From positions 32,836 through 96,835 of the forward strand of contig JBEKYF010000005.1 of the NCBI GenBank assembly GCA_049511255.1: DNA of 64,000 bases. The letters are read 5' to 3'. This document shows positions 18,884 to 27,548 of this stretch, piece after piece. Position 1 is the first letter of the stretch. Every line of letters starts with the position of its first letter. Position numbers and translations under genes: made by a program. The notes under the pieces were generated by a model. It had not been told where the DNA came from, ran no database searches, and was given only the letters and a program-made list of their open reading frames with translations. Source of the stretch: Terriglobales bacterium. GTDB taxonomy: Bacteria; Acidobacteriota; Terriglobia; Terriglobales; Acidobacteriaceae.

Positions 18884-19375
18884 ATGCTGCGTAATACTTC
18901 GCTGATTCTATGCCTGGCGGTCGCCGCACTGACCGTCGCCTGCTCGAATGCCCCCGCTCCACCGCCTCCAGACACGCGCGCCGCCGATGTGCAAGCGGTC
19001 AAAGACGTCGAGGCGGCCTGGTTTAAAGAATTGAACACAAAGGACGCCGACAAGGTCGTCAGCTACTTTGCGGAAGATTGCTCGGCGCTCTACCCCGGCG
19101 CCGGGATACTGAATGGGAAGGCGGCCATTAAGGCGGCCATGGCACCGTATTTTGCTGATCCCAATTATTCAGTGACTTTCCAGTCCACGCGGGCGATGGC
19201 CTCCAAGGGTGGCGACATGGTCTATACGCAGGGTACCTTAAGCGTGACCATGACCAACCCGAAGACCAAGAAGCCCATGACGTTTAACGCAAAGTATCTG
19301 ACGGTCTACACCAAGCAGCCCGACGGAAGCTGGAAGGCCGTCGCCGATACCTACAATTCCGATTCGGCTATGTAG
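18884..19375 (+). CDS. secreted DUF4440/SnoaL-like (NTF2-fold) protein
   Basis: 163 aa with an AGGAGA RBS and a signal peptide ending LTVACSN (possible lipobox). The block DVQAVKDVEAAWFKELNTKDADKVVSYFAEDC...WKAVADTYNSD is typical of the NTF2-like DUF4440 family. Confidence 0.7.
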   Translation: MLRNTSLILCLAVAALTVACSNAPAPPPPDTRAADVQAVKDVEAAWFKELNTKDADKVVSYFAEDCSALYPGAGILNGKAAIKAAMAPYFADPNYSVTFQSTRAMASKGGDMVYTQGTLSVTMTNPKTKKPMTFNAKYLTVYTKQPDGSWKAVADTYNSDSAM

Positions 19376-19439
19376 GCCACCCGAGGAATGACGTGGTGAT
19401 ATAGAAGCCGCAACGGCGAATGAGGGAGATGCCTACGAT

Positions 19440-19868
19440 TTAACTGCCTTCTTCGGCGTACTCCGAGGGCACGCGGGAGTGCGTGCGGGAGTGCATTCGG
19501 ACGATCAGCAGTCCCACCAGAACCGCGCTGACCAGCATGACCACCCTTATGTAGAGGCCAGCATGAAAGGCCTGATCGCCGGCAGCGGTTCGAACGAGGC
19601 CCGAGGTGGCGCTGATAGTGCAGAATCCAAAATAGAATTTCTCCATCCATCCCCGGGAAATGACGAGGAGCCATAAAAGAATGGCGGAGACGATGACAAA
19701 GATTCCGCAGAGAATCCACGTGCCACGCGACACCGTGGACGGTACCCAGATGCCGGCGGCGGAATTGGCCGCGACCATCTGCCGGACCGCAACCAAGAGG
19801 AACACGACAGAATGCGCCAGTGCGACGACGGCGCGTTTGCGGTTCGTGAGAATGGAAAATCCGCCCAT
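19440..19868 (-). CDS. small integral membrane protein (about 4 TM helices), unknown function
   Basis: 142-aa ORF with four hydrophobic stretches. It is preferred over the overlapping Arg-rich 231-aa ORF in another frame. Confidence 0.45.
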   Translation of the reverse strand: MGGFSILTNRKRAVVALAHSVVFLLVAVRQMVAANSAAGIWVPSTVSRGTWILCGIFVIVSAILLWLLVISRGWMEKFYFGFCTISATSGLVRTAAGDQAFHAGLYIRVVMLVSAVLVGLLIVRMHSRTHSRVPSEYAEEGS

Positions 19869-20287
19869 GCGTGAGCATACTGTACCGGAAGTGCGAGCAT
19901 AAGGCTGTGATCCAGATCACGCGAGGCGACAGCCAGGCTGGGTCCGCGATAGTTCCGAGAACGCCGCCGAGAACGCCGGCGAGGGCGCGGCGTGATTGCT
20001 GTGCCTCGCTCCGCTCAGTTGGACCGCCGGGGGCGGCTGTCGCCACACGAAGTCAGAGTCAAAGGCAGCGGGCAGAGCCTGCCCTGTCTTGCCGAAGCCC
20101 CGAGCGAAGACGAGCGGGGAAGTCGGAGTGTCCGCGCGCCTCGAACGACACGAACCTGTTGATACACTAGGATGCACTTGTTTCGTTTTGACAGAAGGTT
20201 TGGGGTCGGGGAAAATAGCGGGTATCCGTGCGTGTCCGGGAAAACTTAATCCACAACTTTGAGAGGAAAACTTTGAGAGGAACAATT

Positions 20288-20548
20288 ATGAAGAAAGCGA
20301 TTGCAGTTGCCGTTGTTACTGGGTGTCTGTCATTTGTTGCCGGGATCGCGGTTGCCGATAGAGTTCGTGACTGGCACGATCTGGACGCCGTTCATCACCA
20401 CGTGGAGGAAGCGATAAAAGAGATGGACCACGCCCGCGCCGCCAACCACTACGATATGCAAGGGCATGGCGCCAAGGCGGAAGAGCATCTGCATGCGGCG
20501 GAGCACGAACTGCACGAGGCGATCGAGACGATTCGGGCGGAGCGGTAA
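20288..20548 (+). CDS. small secreted His-rich helical protein
   Basis: A GAGAGGA RBS lies 8 nt upstream of ATG 20288. The product is MKKAIAVAVVTGCLSFVAGIAVA (signal) followed by HHHVEEAIKEMDHARAANHYDMQGHGAKAEEHLHAAEHELHEAIE. Confidence 0.6.
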   Translation: MKKAIAVAVVTGCLSFVAGIAVADRVRDWHDLDAVHHHVEEAIKEMDHARAANHYDMQGHGAKAEEHLHAAEHELHEAIETIRAER

Positions 20549-20697
20549 GAGCCGTTAGCCGTCAGCTATTAGCTATTGGTTATCAAAAATCGGCCATCTG
20601 CCGTGAGGTAGGGTCTTTACTCACGCTGGTGGCTGTTTTTCTGGTTTTGAGAAATCTTGTCACGCCCCCATTTTGACACCTCCAGTACGAGTGCGAC

Positions 20698-20835
20698 GAT
20701 GTCGCGGCGTTCGAGGACGAGGGTGGAGTCTCCGGCGCGGCCCAGATAAGCGGCAGCGATCAGGCCGTTGTGGCCAGCGCCGATGATGACGGCATTGTAC
20801 CTCCAGTTTAGACCCCTAGACATGTGGCTGACCAA
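20698..20835 (-). pseudogene. N-terminal remnant of an FAD/NAD(P)-binding oxidoreductase (phytoene-desaturase-like)
   Basis: [35 protein letters not shown] is a classic GxGxxG plus acidic-end betaalphabeta N-terminus. The frame then degenerates and stops after 72 codons. Confidence 0.55.
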
Positions 20836-20928
20836 GGGTCAAAACGAAGAAAGACCCCGCTTGAATGAACTAACGAAATCCCTTATAAAAAACGATTGAA
20901 TAATGGTTCGGGAGTACTGTATCTTATG

Positions 20929-20943
20929 TTGACTGGTAGTCAA
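20929..20943. promoter_or_regulatory. perfect 6-3-6 palindrome, candidate TetR operator and/or -35 element
   Basis: TTGACTGGTAGTCAA lies 25 nt upstream of the TetR start, in an AT-rich gap. Confidence 0.35.
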
Positions 20944-20967
20944 AAATAAGGTTATGGGAGTTGGGCC

Positions 20968-21678
20968 ATGGAAGGAATTACGAGCAGTCTGGCGAAACCG
21001 ACGCGGCTAAGGCGGGACGGGAAGCCGCGTCCGCGCTCGGAAGCGAAGCGGGCGCGGATTGTAGAAGTTGCAATCCGGCATTTTGCGGAGCGAGGGTATA
21101 GCGCGGCGCGGGTGGAAGATATTGCGTCGCAGTTAGGCATTGCCAAGGGATCGGTGTTCCAGCACTTCAAGAGCAAGGATGGATTGTTCTTCGAGGCGTA
21201 CAAGAAGGCGGTCCAGTCGTTTCCGAAATATATGCAGGCCCCGGCGGCAGCGCGGGAGCGGGGATTTTTTGAACTGCTGCGGTACTGGCTGGGGTGCACG
21301 GAGAATATGGTGCGGGATAACTGGTCGTCATACCGGATTTATCTGATTGGTAATTATGGTACGGATCTGGCGCTGCGGCGGGAGATCAACCGGTTTCTGG
21401 TGGCAGAGGATCCTTACGGATGGCGTGAGTTCGTGAGCTTCGGAGTCAAGCGGGGAGAGTTACGGGCGGATCTGGATGTGGACATGATCGGATCAATTTT
21501 GGAATGGACGATGGACCGGTTTCAGGATGCGCTGCTGACGGAGGAGTTAGACCCAGGACTGTTCCGGAAGTCGGGGCCAGTACCTGAGGAGAAAGATGCG
21601 CGGATGGAGCAATTTGTGGAATTGTTGCGGCGGGCGATTGGGTCGGAGAAAGTACAAGTGACAGGGAAAAAAGCATGA
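20968..21678 (+). CDS. TetR/AcrR family transcriptional regulator
   Basis: The N-terminal HTH is RIVEVAIRHFAERGYSAARVEDIASQLGIAKGSVFQHFKSKDGLF. Confidence 0.85.
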   Translation: MEGITSSLAKPTRLRRDGKPRPRSEAKRARIVEVAIRHFAERGYSAARVEDIASQLGIAKGSVFQHFKSKDGLFFEAYKKAVQSFPKYMQAPAAARERGFFELLRYWLGCTENMVRDNWSSYRIYLIGNYGTDLALRREINRFLVAEDPYGWREFVSFGVKRGELRADLDVDMIGSILEWTMDRFQDALLTEELDPGLFRKSGPVPEEKDARMEQFVELLRRAIGSEKVQVTGKKA

Positions 21679-22808
21679 AGGCTGGGATGACGGTGGAGCA
21701 CATTGTTGGCAGTTACAACGAGGCGGCGCCGTTGACGGAAGCATCGACGATTCCGGCGCCATGGTACGTGGATGCGCGGATTGCGGAACTGGAGCGGCAG
21801 ACGGTTTTCTCGCGGACTTGGCAGGTGATGGGGCGAGTGGACCAGGTGGAAAAGCCGGGACAGTTTGTGACCGCAACGGTGGCGGGAGAGCCGCTGGTGG
21901 CGGTGCGTGGGAATGATGGCGTGCTGCGGGCGTTTTATAACGTGTGCCGGCATCATGCGGCGGCGGTGGTGACGGAACCGTGTGGGCACGCATCGAGTTT
22001 GCATTGTCCTTATCACGGCTGGAATTACGGGCTGGATGGGACGCTCAAGGGGATGCCGGAGTTCGATGGGGTGAAGAACTTCGAGCGCAAGGACAATGGG
22101 CTGGTTCCGGTGAAGGTGGAGACGTGGGAGCAATTTGTGTTTGTGAATCTGGATACGGAGGCGGCTCCGCTGGCGGAGTTTCTTGGTGGGTTAGTGAAGC
22201 GGGTAGCTCCGCTGGGCTTGAGTAAGCTACACTACTTTACGACTAAGAGTTATGATATCAACTGTGACTGGAAGGTGTTTGTAGATAACTATCTGGACGG
22301 CGGATATCACGTGCCGCATTTGCACAAGGGACTTAGTTCGGTCTTGGATTACAAGCAGTACACAATCGAGAATGAGCACCGGTATTGCTTACAGTCGAGT
22401 CCGATGATGAGTTCGGATGAGGATGCGGCGACGGGGACGACGCGGAAGGGCGACCGGGCCTGGTATTTCTGGCTACATCCGAATTTCATGTTCAACTGCT
22501 ATGAAGGTTATCTGGATACGAATCGGGTGATCCCGATTGATGTGGATCATTGCCGGGTGATGTTTGATTTCTACTTGAGCGACGTGAGCGAGGCTGCGCG
22601 CGCTTACAACGAGCAGAGTGTTGCGGTGGGGAATCGGGTGCAGGATGAGGATTTGGGAATTTGCGAGGCGGTGCAGAGGGGGCTGAAGTCGCGAGTCTAT
22701 GAGGCGGGGCGGCTCTCGGTGCGGCGGGAAGCGGGGGAACAGTTGTTTCATCAGTTGCTGGCGGCGGATTTGAAGAGTGGGCTGGGCCAGCGCGCGCGCG
22801 AGCCGTGA
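21675..22808 (+). CDS. Rieske [2Fe-2S] ring-hydroxylating oxygenase alpha-subunit-like protein
   Basis: It carries the CRHH...CPYHGW Rieske motif and a C-terminal catalytic-domain-like region (DNYLDGGYHVPHLH). An ATGA overlap joins it to the TetR gene. Confidence 0.85.
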   Translation: MKAGMTVEHIVGSYNEAAPLTEASTIPAPWYVDARIAELERQTVFSRTWQVMGRVDQVEKPGQFVTATVAGEPLVAVRGNDGVLRAFYNVCRHHAAAVVTEPCGHASSLHCPYHGWNYGLDGTLKGMPEFDGVKNFERKDNGLVPVKVETWEQFVFVNLDTEAAPLAEFLGGLVKRVAPLGLSKLHYFTTKSYDINCDWKVFVDNYLDGGYHVPHLHKGLSSVLDYKQYTIENEHRYCLQSSPMMSSDEDAATGTTRKGDRAWYFWLHPNFMFNCYEGYLDTNRVIPIDVDHCRVMFDFYLSDVSEAARAYNEQSVAVGNRVQDEDLGICEAVQRGLKSRVYEAGRLSVRREAGEQLFHQLLAADLKSGLGQRAREP

Positions 22809-22814
22809 GATTTG

Positions 22815-22878
22815 ACCGCAGAGGGAGCGGAGTACGCGGGGAAAAACTTTACCGCAGGGGCACAGAGGATCACGGGGG
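22815..22878. repeat. two imperfect ~27-nt direct repeats in a convergent gap
   Basis: ACCGCAGAGGGAGCGGAGTACGCGGGG at 22815-22841 and ACCGCAGGGGCACAGAGGATCACGGGGG at 22851-22878. Confidence 0.5.
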
Positions 22879-22899
22879 CCGGCGGAGTGCGCCGGGATC

Positions 22900-24975
22900 T
22901 TACTGGTGGTCCCGGGGGATGGTTTCTTCCCAGGTTTTTTGTTTCAGGGGCTGGCCGTCTTTGAATAACTGCCGCGTGTATTTGTAGTAGAAGTCTTTGG
23001 CGTCGCTGGTTAGGGTCAGGTGGCCTTGCCAGATCAGTGTTTGTTGCTTGAGGGCCATGACGATTTCAGCTTCTGCTTGGACGGAACTGATCTCTGGATG
23101 GTTGTCATCGGCTAGATACGTGATTCCTTCGAAGTCGGTTTCTTTTCCCCACGGGTAAGTTTCTTCGGACTTTCCGGTCCAGGTCACTTTTGCTTTTCCA
23201 TTGAGTTCGTCGCGCTCGGTTTTCCAATCGCCGGGCCATGGGAAGCCTGCGGACTGAATGTCGCTGCGTTGTTCGGAGGGCTCGGGGGGCGCGAATTGGG
23301 GTGCGGCGTACATGGACGGCGGGACGAGCGGCAGGGTCAAGCGGGATCCGGTATTGCCGCCCAGCTGAAGCGTCGTCGTCATGGCATAGGGAGTTGGCCA
23401 GACCATGGGCCAGAGCGCATTCGAGATTGCGAGGCGGATGCGATGGCCTCTGGGGAAAGTCCAGGTGGCCAGGTGCATCTCGATATCTAGCGAGTAAGTC
23501 TGGTTGGACACTAAGTCTTTGGGGTCGGAAGCGGAGTCGCGCTGCGCGCCGTTGAGTCCCGCTCCGGTAACTTGGGTGACGGTGCCATCGGGAGCCACGT
23601 CGGAGAGGCGGGCGAACCAGTCAGCTTGCGGCGCGGACGCGCTTGCCTGGAGCAGGGCGTGGGGGCGTCCAAGGATCGTGAGGTCTACTTTCAGCGGAGC
23701 GGAGTCGTAGGTGAGGCTGAAGGCATCGACGGGGCGCTGGTCGGTGAGCAGTTCTCCCCACCAGAATCCGGCTTCCACGCCAACGGATGGAATGTAGCGG
23801 AGTTGATGCACGGCAGGTTTTGCGGGGTCGGTGGAGAGGACGTGGGCGTCATAGAGATACAGCGTTGTGTTCGCTACGTTCCTCGGAGGCCAGCCAATTT
23901 CGCCGCGCCATTTTCCCGGCACGTTTTTCAGGTGGGGATCGGGGGCGTGCCAGTCCTGCATGTAGATGGATAGCGGCGGTTCTTCCATGATCCCGGTATT
24001 GCGATTCTTTAGCCAGTAATCCCACCAACGAAGCGCTTGATCTCGCCATTCGATCTGAGGGCCGGGCTCGGCGTCGTTGGGGAAGGTGTGATTCCAGGGG
24101 CCGACGATCGCTTTCAGCGGCGCTTTGACTTGCTCGAACACGCGCGGGATGGAATCGCGGTAGCCGTCGAGCAGGCCTCCGATTAAGAAACAGGGAATTT
24201 TGATTTCGTTGAGCGGTCGGACGGGAGCGCGCCAGAACTGGCCGTCGCGTTGATGCTTGAGATAGAGCAGCGACCAGGGCACGGATTCAAAGCGCGGGCC
24301 GAGAATTTTTTCGTCGAGCGAATAGTCGGGGGCGCCGGTCATGGAGGGGGCGAGGTCCATGTTGAGTTCGAACTCGTCGAAGTGCATCATGCCGTCGATG
24401 AAATGGATGTCGTCATGGAAGAGTTGTTCGGTGGCATCGACGGCGAGAATGGCTTTAAGCGCGGGCGGACGGCGCATGGCGAGTTGGATGGAGTTAAAGC
24501 CTCCCCATGAGATACCAAACATTCCGACTTTGCCGGTGGACCAGGGTTGAGCGGCTAACCAGGCGATGACTTGCTCACCGTCGAGTTGCTCTTGCTCGGA
24601 ATATTCGCGGTCGGTGGGCGTGCCTTCGCTCGTGCCGAACCCGCGGATATCGACCCGGACGCTGACGTATCCGCGGGCGGCGAACCAGGCGTGGATGGGA
24701 TAGTCGCGGGCAGCGGTGGCGTCGTCTTTGCGATAGGGGAGATATTCGAAGAGGGCAGGAAATTTTTCGCCGGGCTTCGCGTTGTCCGGCATGTAGAGAG
24801 TGGCGGAGAGGTGCACGCCATCGGGCATGGGGATGGATTGCTGCACCATGCGGACGGTGCGCACAACGGGCTGCGTTTTCGGGACAGAGAGTCCGCGGAG
24901 GCTGGTGGAAATCGCGAGCGGGGCGAGGATGGCCAGGGCTAGATTAGAACGTAGGAATATCTGACCTGAGAACAT
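22900..24975 (-). CDS. CocE/NonD family hydrolase (S15 X-Pro dipeptidyl-peptidase-like)
   Basis: 691 aa with a signal peptide and the nucleophile elbow GISWGGF. Overall layout fits alpha/beta hydrolase plus a C-terminal jelly-roll. Confidence 0.8.
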   Translation of the reverse strand: MFSGQIFLRSNLALAILAPLAISTSLRGLSVPKTQPVVRTVRMVQQSIPMPDGVHLSATLYMPDNAKPGEKFPALFEYLPYRKDDATAARDYPIHAWFAARGYVSVRVDIRGFGTSEGTPTDREYSEQEQLDGEQVIAWLAAQPWSTGKVGMFGISWGGFNSIQLAMRRPPALKAILAVDATEQLFHDDIHFIDGMMHFDEFELNMDLAPSMTGAPDYSLDEKILGPRFESVPWSLLYLKHQRDGQFWRAPVRPLNEIKIPCFLIGGLLDGYRDSIPRVFEQVKAPLKAIVGPWNHTFPNDAEPGPQIEWRDQALRWWDYWLKNRNTGIMEEPPLSIYMQDWHAPDPHLKNVPGKWRGEIGWPPRNVANTTLYLYDAHVLSTDPAKPAVHQLRYIPSVGVEAGFWWGELLTDQRPVDAFSLTYDSAPLKVDLTILGRPHALLQASASAPQADWFARLSDVAPDGTVTQVTGAGLNGAQRDSASDPKDLVSNQTYSLDIEMHLATWTFPRGHRIRLAISNALWPMVWPTPYAMTTTLQLGGNTGSRLTLPLVPPSMYAAPQFAPPEPSEQRSDIQSAGFPWPGDWKTERDELNGKAKVTWTGKSEETYPWGKETDFEGITYLADDNHPEISSVQAEAEIVMALKQQTLIWQGHLTLTSDAKDFYYKYTRQLFKDGQPLKQKTWEETIPRDHQ

Positions 24976-25129
24976 GGGTGCCGCAAATCATAGCAGGAGA
25001 GAGTGCGAGGGTGCGAGGGGACGAGATTGGGAGCGTGAAGAGAAGGTTGCCGGTTCTGATTGTCTTGACAGGGTGTCCCTATCTTCTTATTGTCGCTATC
25101 CGTTATGTTTGCTAGAGCGTGTTCCGTAA

Positions 25130-25250
25130 ATCGGTCTTGGGTAGGGCAGGGCTTCAGAAGCCTGCCCTGAGCAAAGCCGAAGGGGTGCCGTTCAGAGCCC
25201 AGCAGAATGCGGGCTTTAGCTCTTGAGGGACGTGCCCTCCTAGCGGAAGG
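25130..25250. repeat. REP-like hairpin-rich intergenic segment
   Basis: It contains AGGGCAGG.CTTCAGAAGCCTGCCCT (25143-25168) and GCGGGCTTTAGC. GGGCAG...CTGCCC and GGCTTTAGCC-type hairpins also occur near 20070, 13506 and 29205. Confidence 0.4.
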
Positions 25251-25296
25251 GCATTTATGAAACACTCCCTCTAACCGTTATTGTTGCTAACCATCT

Positions 25297-26382
25297 ATGA
25301 ACATTGTTAAGGCTACAAAGAAGTTTGAGGATTGGATGGGACTGCACATCCGAATTGTCGGGCCCGATTTGCGGTTCAAGCATGAGCAGATGGCGGCGGC
25401 TCTTTTTCCCTTCTTTCGGGCGACTTTCTATCGCTGGGTGCAGGTGTGGCCGGAGGTGTGTGCGGACCTGGACCGAGTGCCGCATCTTTTGTCGGTGGGC
25501 GATCTGCACGTGGAGAACTTCGGCACCTGGCGAGACACCGATGGGCGGCTGGTGTGGGGAGTTAATGATTTTGATGAAGCTTGTGTGTTTCCCTACACGA
25601 TGGATCTGGTGCGGCTGGCGACGAGCGCGTTGCTGGCGACACGGGACAATCGCCTGGCGATGAAGCCGAAAGAGTCGGCGACGGCGATTTTGGCGGGATA
25701 CGAGCGCGGGATGGAGGAGGGCGGGTGTCCGTTTGTGTTGGAGGAGAGCCATGAGTGGTTGCGGGCGATCGCGGAGAGCAAGCTGCGGGATCCGGTAGTG
25801 TTCTGGCAAAAAATGGATCGTCTCCCGACGGTGAAAGGACAGATACCAAAGAGCGCGCGCGAGGCGATTGAGCATCTGCTGCCGGAGCCGAGGATCCGCT
25901 ACCGGCTGGCGCGGCGAGTGGCGGGGCTGGGAAGCCTCGGGCGGACGCGACTGGTGGCGATCGCGGAGTGGAAAGGCGGGCGCGTGGCGCGGGAGGCCAA
26001 GGCGCTGTTGCCATCGGCTTTGCACTGGCTGAATCCGAAGCGGGCGCCGGCAGAGATTTTGTATGCGGCGATCCTGAGGCGGGCGGTGCGATGTCCGGAT
26101 CCGTATGTGCAGATGCGGGGGCACTGGATCGTGCGGCGGCTGTCGCCGCATTGTTCGCGCATCGAACTGGACCAACTCGGAACCAGCCGAGGCGAACTGC
26201 GGCTTCTAGACGCGATGGGAAGAGAGACGGCGAATATTCATGTGGGAACGGAAGAAAAACGGCGGCCGATCCTGAAGGACTTGCGTGGACGAAAAGGGAA
26301 CTGGCTGCTGGGAGCGGCGCAGGCGATGGCGGACGCGATCGAGAAAGATTGGCGAGCGTGGAAGGAGCGCTGGCAGAGCTAG
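25297..26382 (+). CDS. DUF2252 family protein
   Basis: FFRATFYRW...VGDLHVENFGTWRDTDGRLVWGVNDFDEA matches the characteristic DUF2252 N-terminal block. Confidence 0.75.
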   Translation: MNIVKATKKFEDWMGLHIRIVGPDLRFKHEQMAAALFPFFRATFYRWVQVWPEVCADLDRVPHLLSVGDLHVENFGTWRDTDGRLVWGVNDFDEACVFPYTMDLVRLATSALLATRDNRLAMKPKESATAILAGYERGMEEGGCPFVLEESHEWLRAIAESKLRDPVVFWQKMDRLPTVKGQIPKSAREAIEHLLPEPRIRYRLARRVAGLGSLGRTRLVAIAEWKGGRVAREAKALLPSALHWLNPKRAPAEILYAAILRRAVRCPDPYVQMRGHWIVRRLSPHCSRIELDQLGTSRGELRLLDAMGRETANIHVGTEEKRRPILKDLRGRKGNWLLGAAQAMADAIEKDWRAWKERWQS

Positions 26383-26401
26383 ACTCTGCCAGCGCTTTAT
26401 T
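26367..26401 (+). terminator. intrinsic terminator overlapping the DUF2252 stop codon
   Basis: Perfect 12-bp stem GCGCTGGCAGAG/CTCTGCCAGCGC. Its 5-nt loop contains the TAG stop, and TTTATT follows. It also sits right after the stop of the convergent gene at 26397. Confidence 0.6.
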
Positions 26402-26894
26402 GGAGCGAAAGTCCGTGTGAGGACTCAGTAGGCAGGTCGAAGAGCTGACACTCCAGTGCGTGGGGTTTGTTTTCAGCTCCGATGGTGATGAGGGCGTCGA
26501 GGATGCATTCGAGGGCCGCGGGGGACCCCGACCAGACGCGGGAGAAGGATTCGCGATGAACCGCCAATTCGCCGACCAGGCGGCCCAGCGAGTGAGGACC
26601 GAGATCGATATCGGTCAGAGTCGGATCGCTGCCAATGGGCAGCGGAGCGTCATGTGCTGGAGGAAGGCGGAGGCTGGCTTGGGTCAGCCAGTGGGCGATC
26701 AGCGTTTTGAGATGTTGCCTGCAGCAGACGCTCTTCATGTCTTTCTGCATGGCGAGCGAAGAATGCCAGGAGAGGATCTTGAGGCGGTCGAGCCAGCGGT
26801 TCTCGACCACCAGGAACCATCCGGTGTGGCGAAAGGTGTCGAGGCCGCAAACCGAGCAAGATGAGCGTTTTATGATTGGGTAATCCATCGGCAT
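26397..26894 (-). CDS. Cys-rich (zinc-ribbon-like N-terminus) hypothetical protein, 165 aa
   Basis: The N-terminus reads CSVCGLDTFRHTGWFLVVENRWL...VCCRQH. The gene lies 12 nt downstream of the 91-aa paralogous-looking gene. An alternative start is at 26888. Confidence 0.6.
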   Translation of the reverse strand: MPMDYPIIKRSSCSVCGLDTFRHTGWFLVVENRWLDRLKILSWHSSLAMQKDMKSVCCRQHLKTLIAHWLTQASLRLPPAHDAPLPIGSDPTLTDIDLGPHSLGRLVGELAVHRESFSRVWSGSPAALECILDALITIGAENKPHALECQLFDLPTESSHGLSLQ

Positions 26895-26906
26895 CCCTTT
26901 TGACCC

Positions 26907-27182
26907 TCAGCAAGCATTGACCACGGCGCGGGTGAGGAAGCGTGGGCTCGCGCGCTCGCTGAGTGGGACGGTCATCATCCCGAGATTGGGGTCAAAACGA
27001 AGAGTGAAGTGAGACGAGCAGGCGTTGCAGAGCCAGAAATGTTCCCGCCGCCGGAGCTTCCGCCGGTTCCCGTCGAAAGAGGCGCTGAGGTCAGAAGGAA
27101 AAGTTTCTGCCAGGAACAGCTTGCCTTCGCGAAGGGAACGGAACGGAACCGTGCAGGCGGGGTTTGCGCATTTATGGAGCAT
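26907..27182 (-). CDS. Cys-rich (zinc-ribbon-like) small protein, 91 aa
   Basis: MLHKCANPACTVPFRSLREGKLFLAE...EHFWLCNACSSHF. Strongly C/G-ending codons support coding. Confidence 0.6.
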   Translation of the reverse strand: MLHKCANPACTVPFRSLREGKLFLAETFPSDLSASFDGNRRKLRRREHFWLCNACSSHFTLRFDPNLGMMTVPLSERASPRFLTRAVVNAC

Positions 27183-27480
27183 GGGCTGGGTCCAGTCTTC
27201 TCTTCTGTGGAGTTTCGGCCAGACAGAGATTCTGCGGACTGCACGCGAAGGGCCGAAGACTTGGCGGGCACATTAGAAGTCATTGGCCTCTAGTTACAGT
27301 GAGTTAGATGACGGAGACGTGGTCTGCATCAGGCTGCGCTGAGTTATGCTGACGGAAAACGATCGCGGCCGACGAATGATCGTCAAATGATCGTCATTGC
27401 TCGCCGAACATTTCAGCTGTGATGTGGATCACGCGCCAGTTGGTCACGGCGGGAAGTTCCTGGATTATATGCCCAAGACA

Positions 27481-27527
27481 TGTCTCATCAGAAAGAACCC
27501 GCCCTCCGCCAACTAAAGGGCGGGTTC
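27481..27527 (-). terminator. intrinsic terminator after the 295-aa secreted-protein gene
   Basis: Perfect 11-bp stem GAACCCGCCCT/AGGGCGGGTTC at 27495-27527, 21 nt after the stop. TTTCTGATG follows on the minus strand. Confidence 0.55.
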
Positions 27528-27548
27528 GGTGCTTTCTAGGTTTCAATC

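Noticed and set aside
20968-21040. The TetR N-terminal extension RRDGKPRPRS as another in-frame REP family A insertion.
   Set aside because: The DNA similarity to the 28-mer core is weak and no clean hairpin forms. The resemblance is at the peptide level only.
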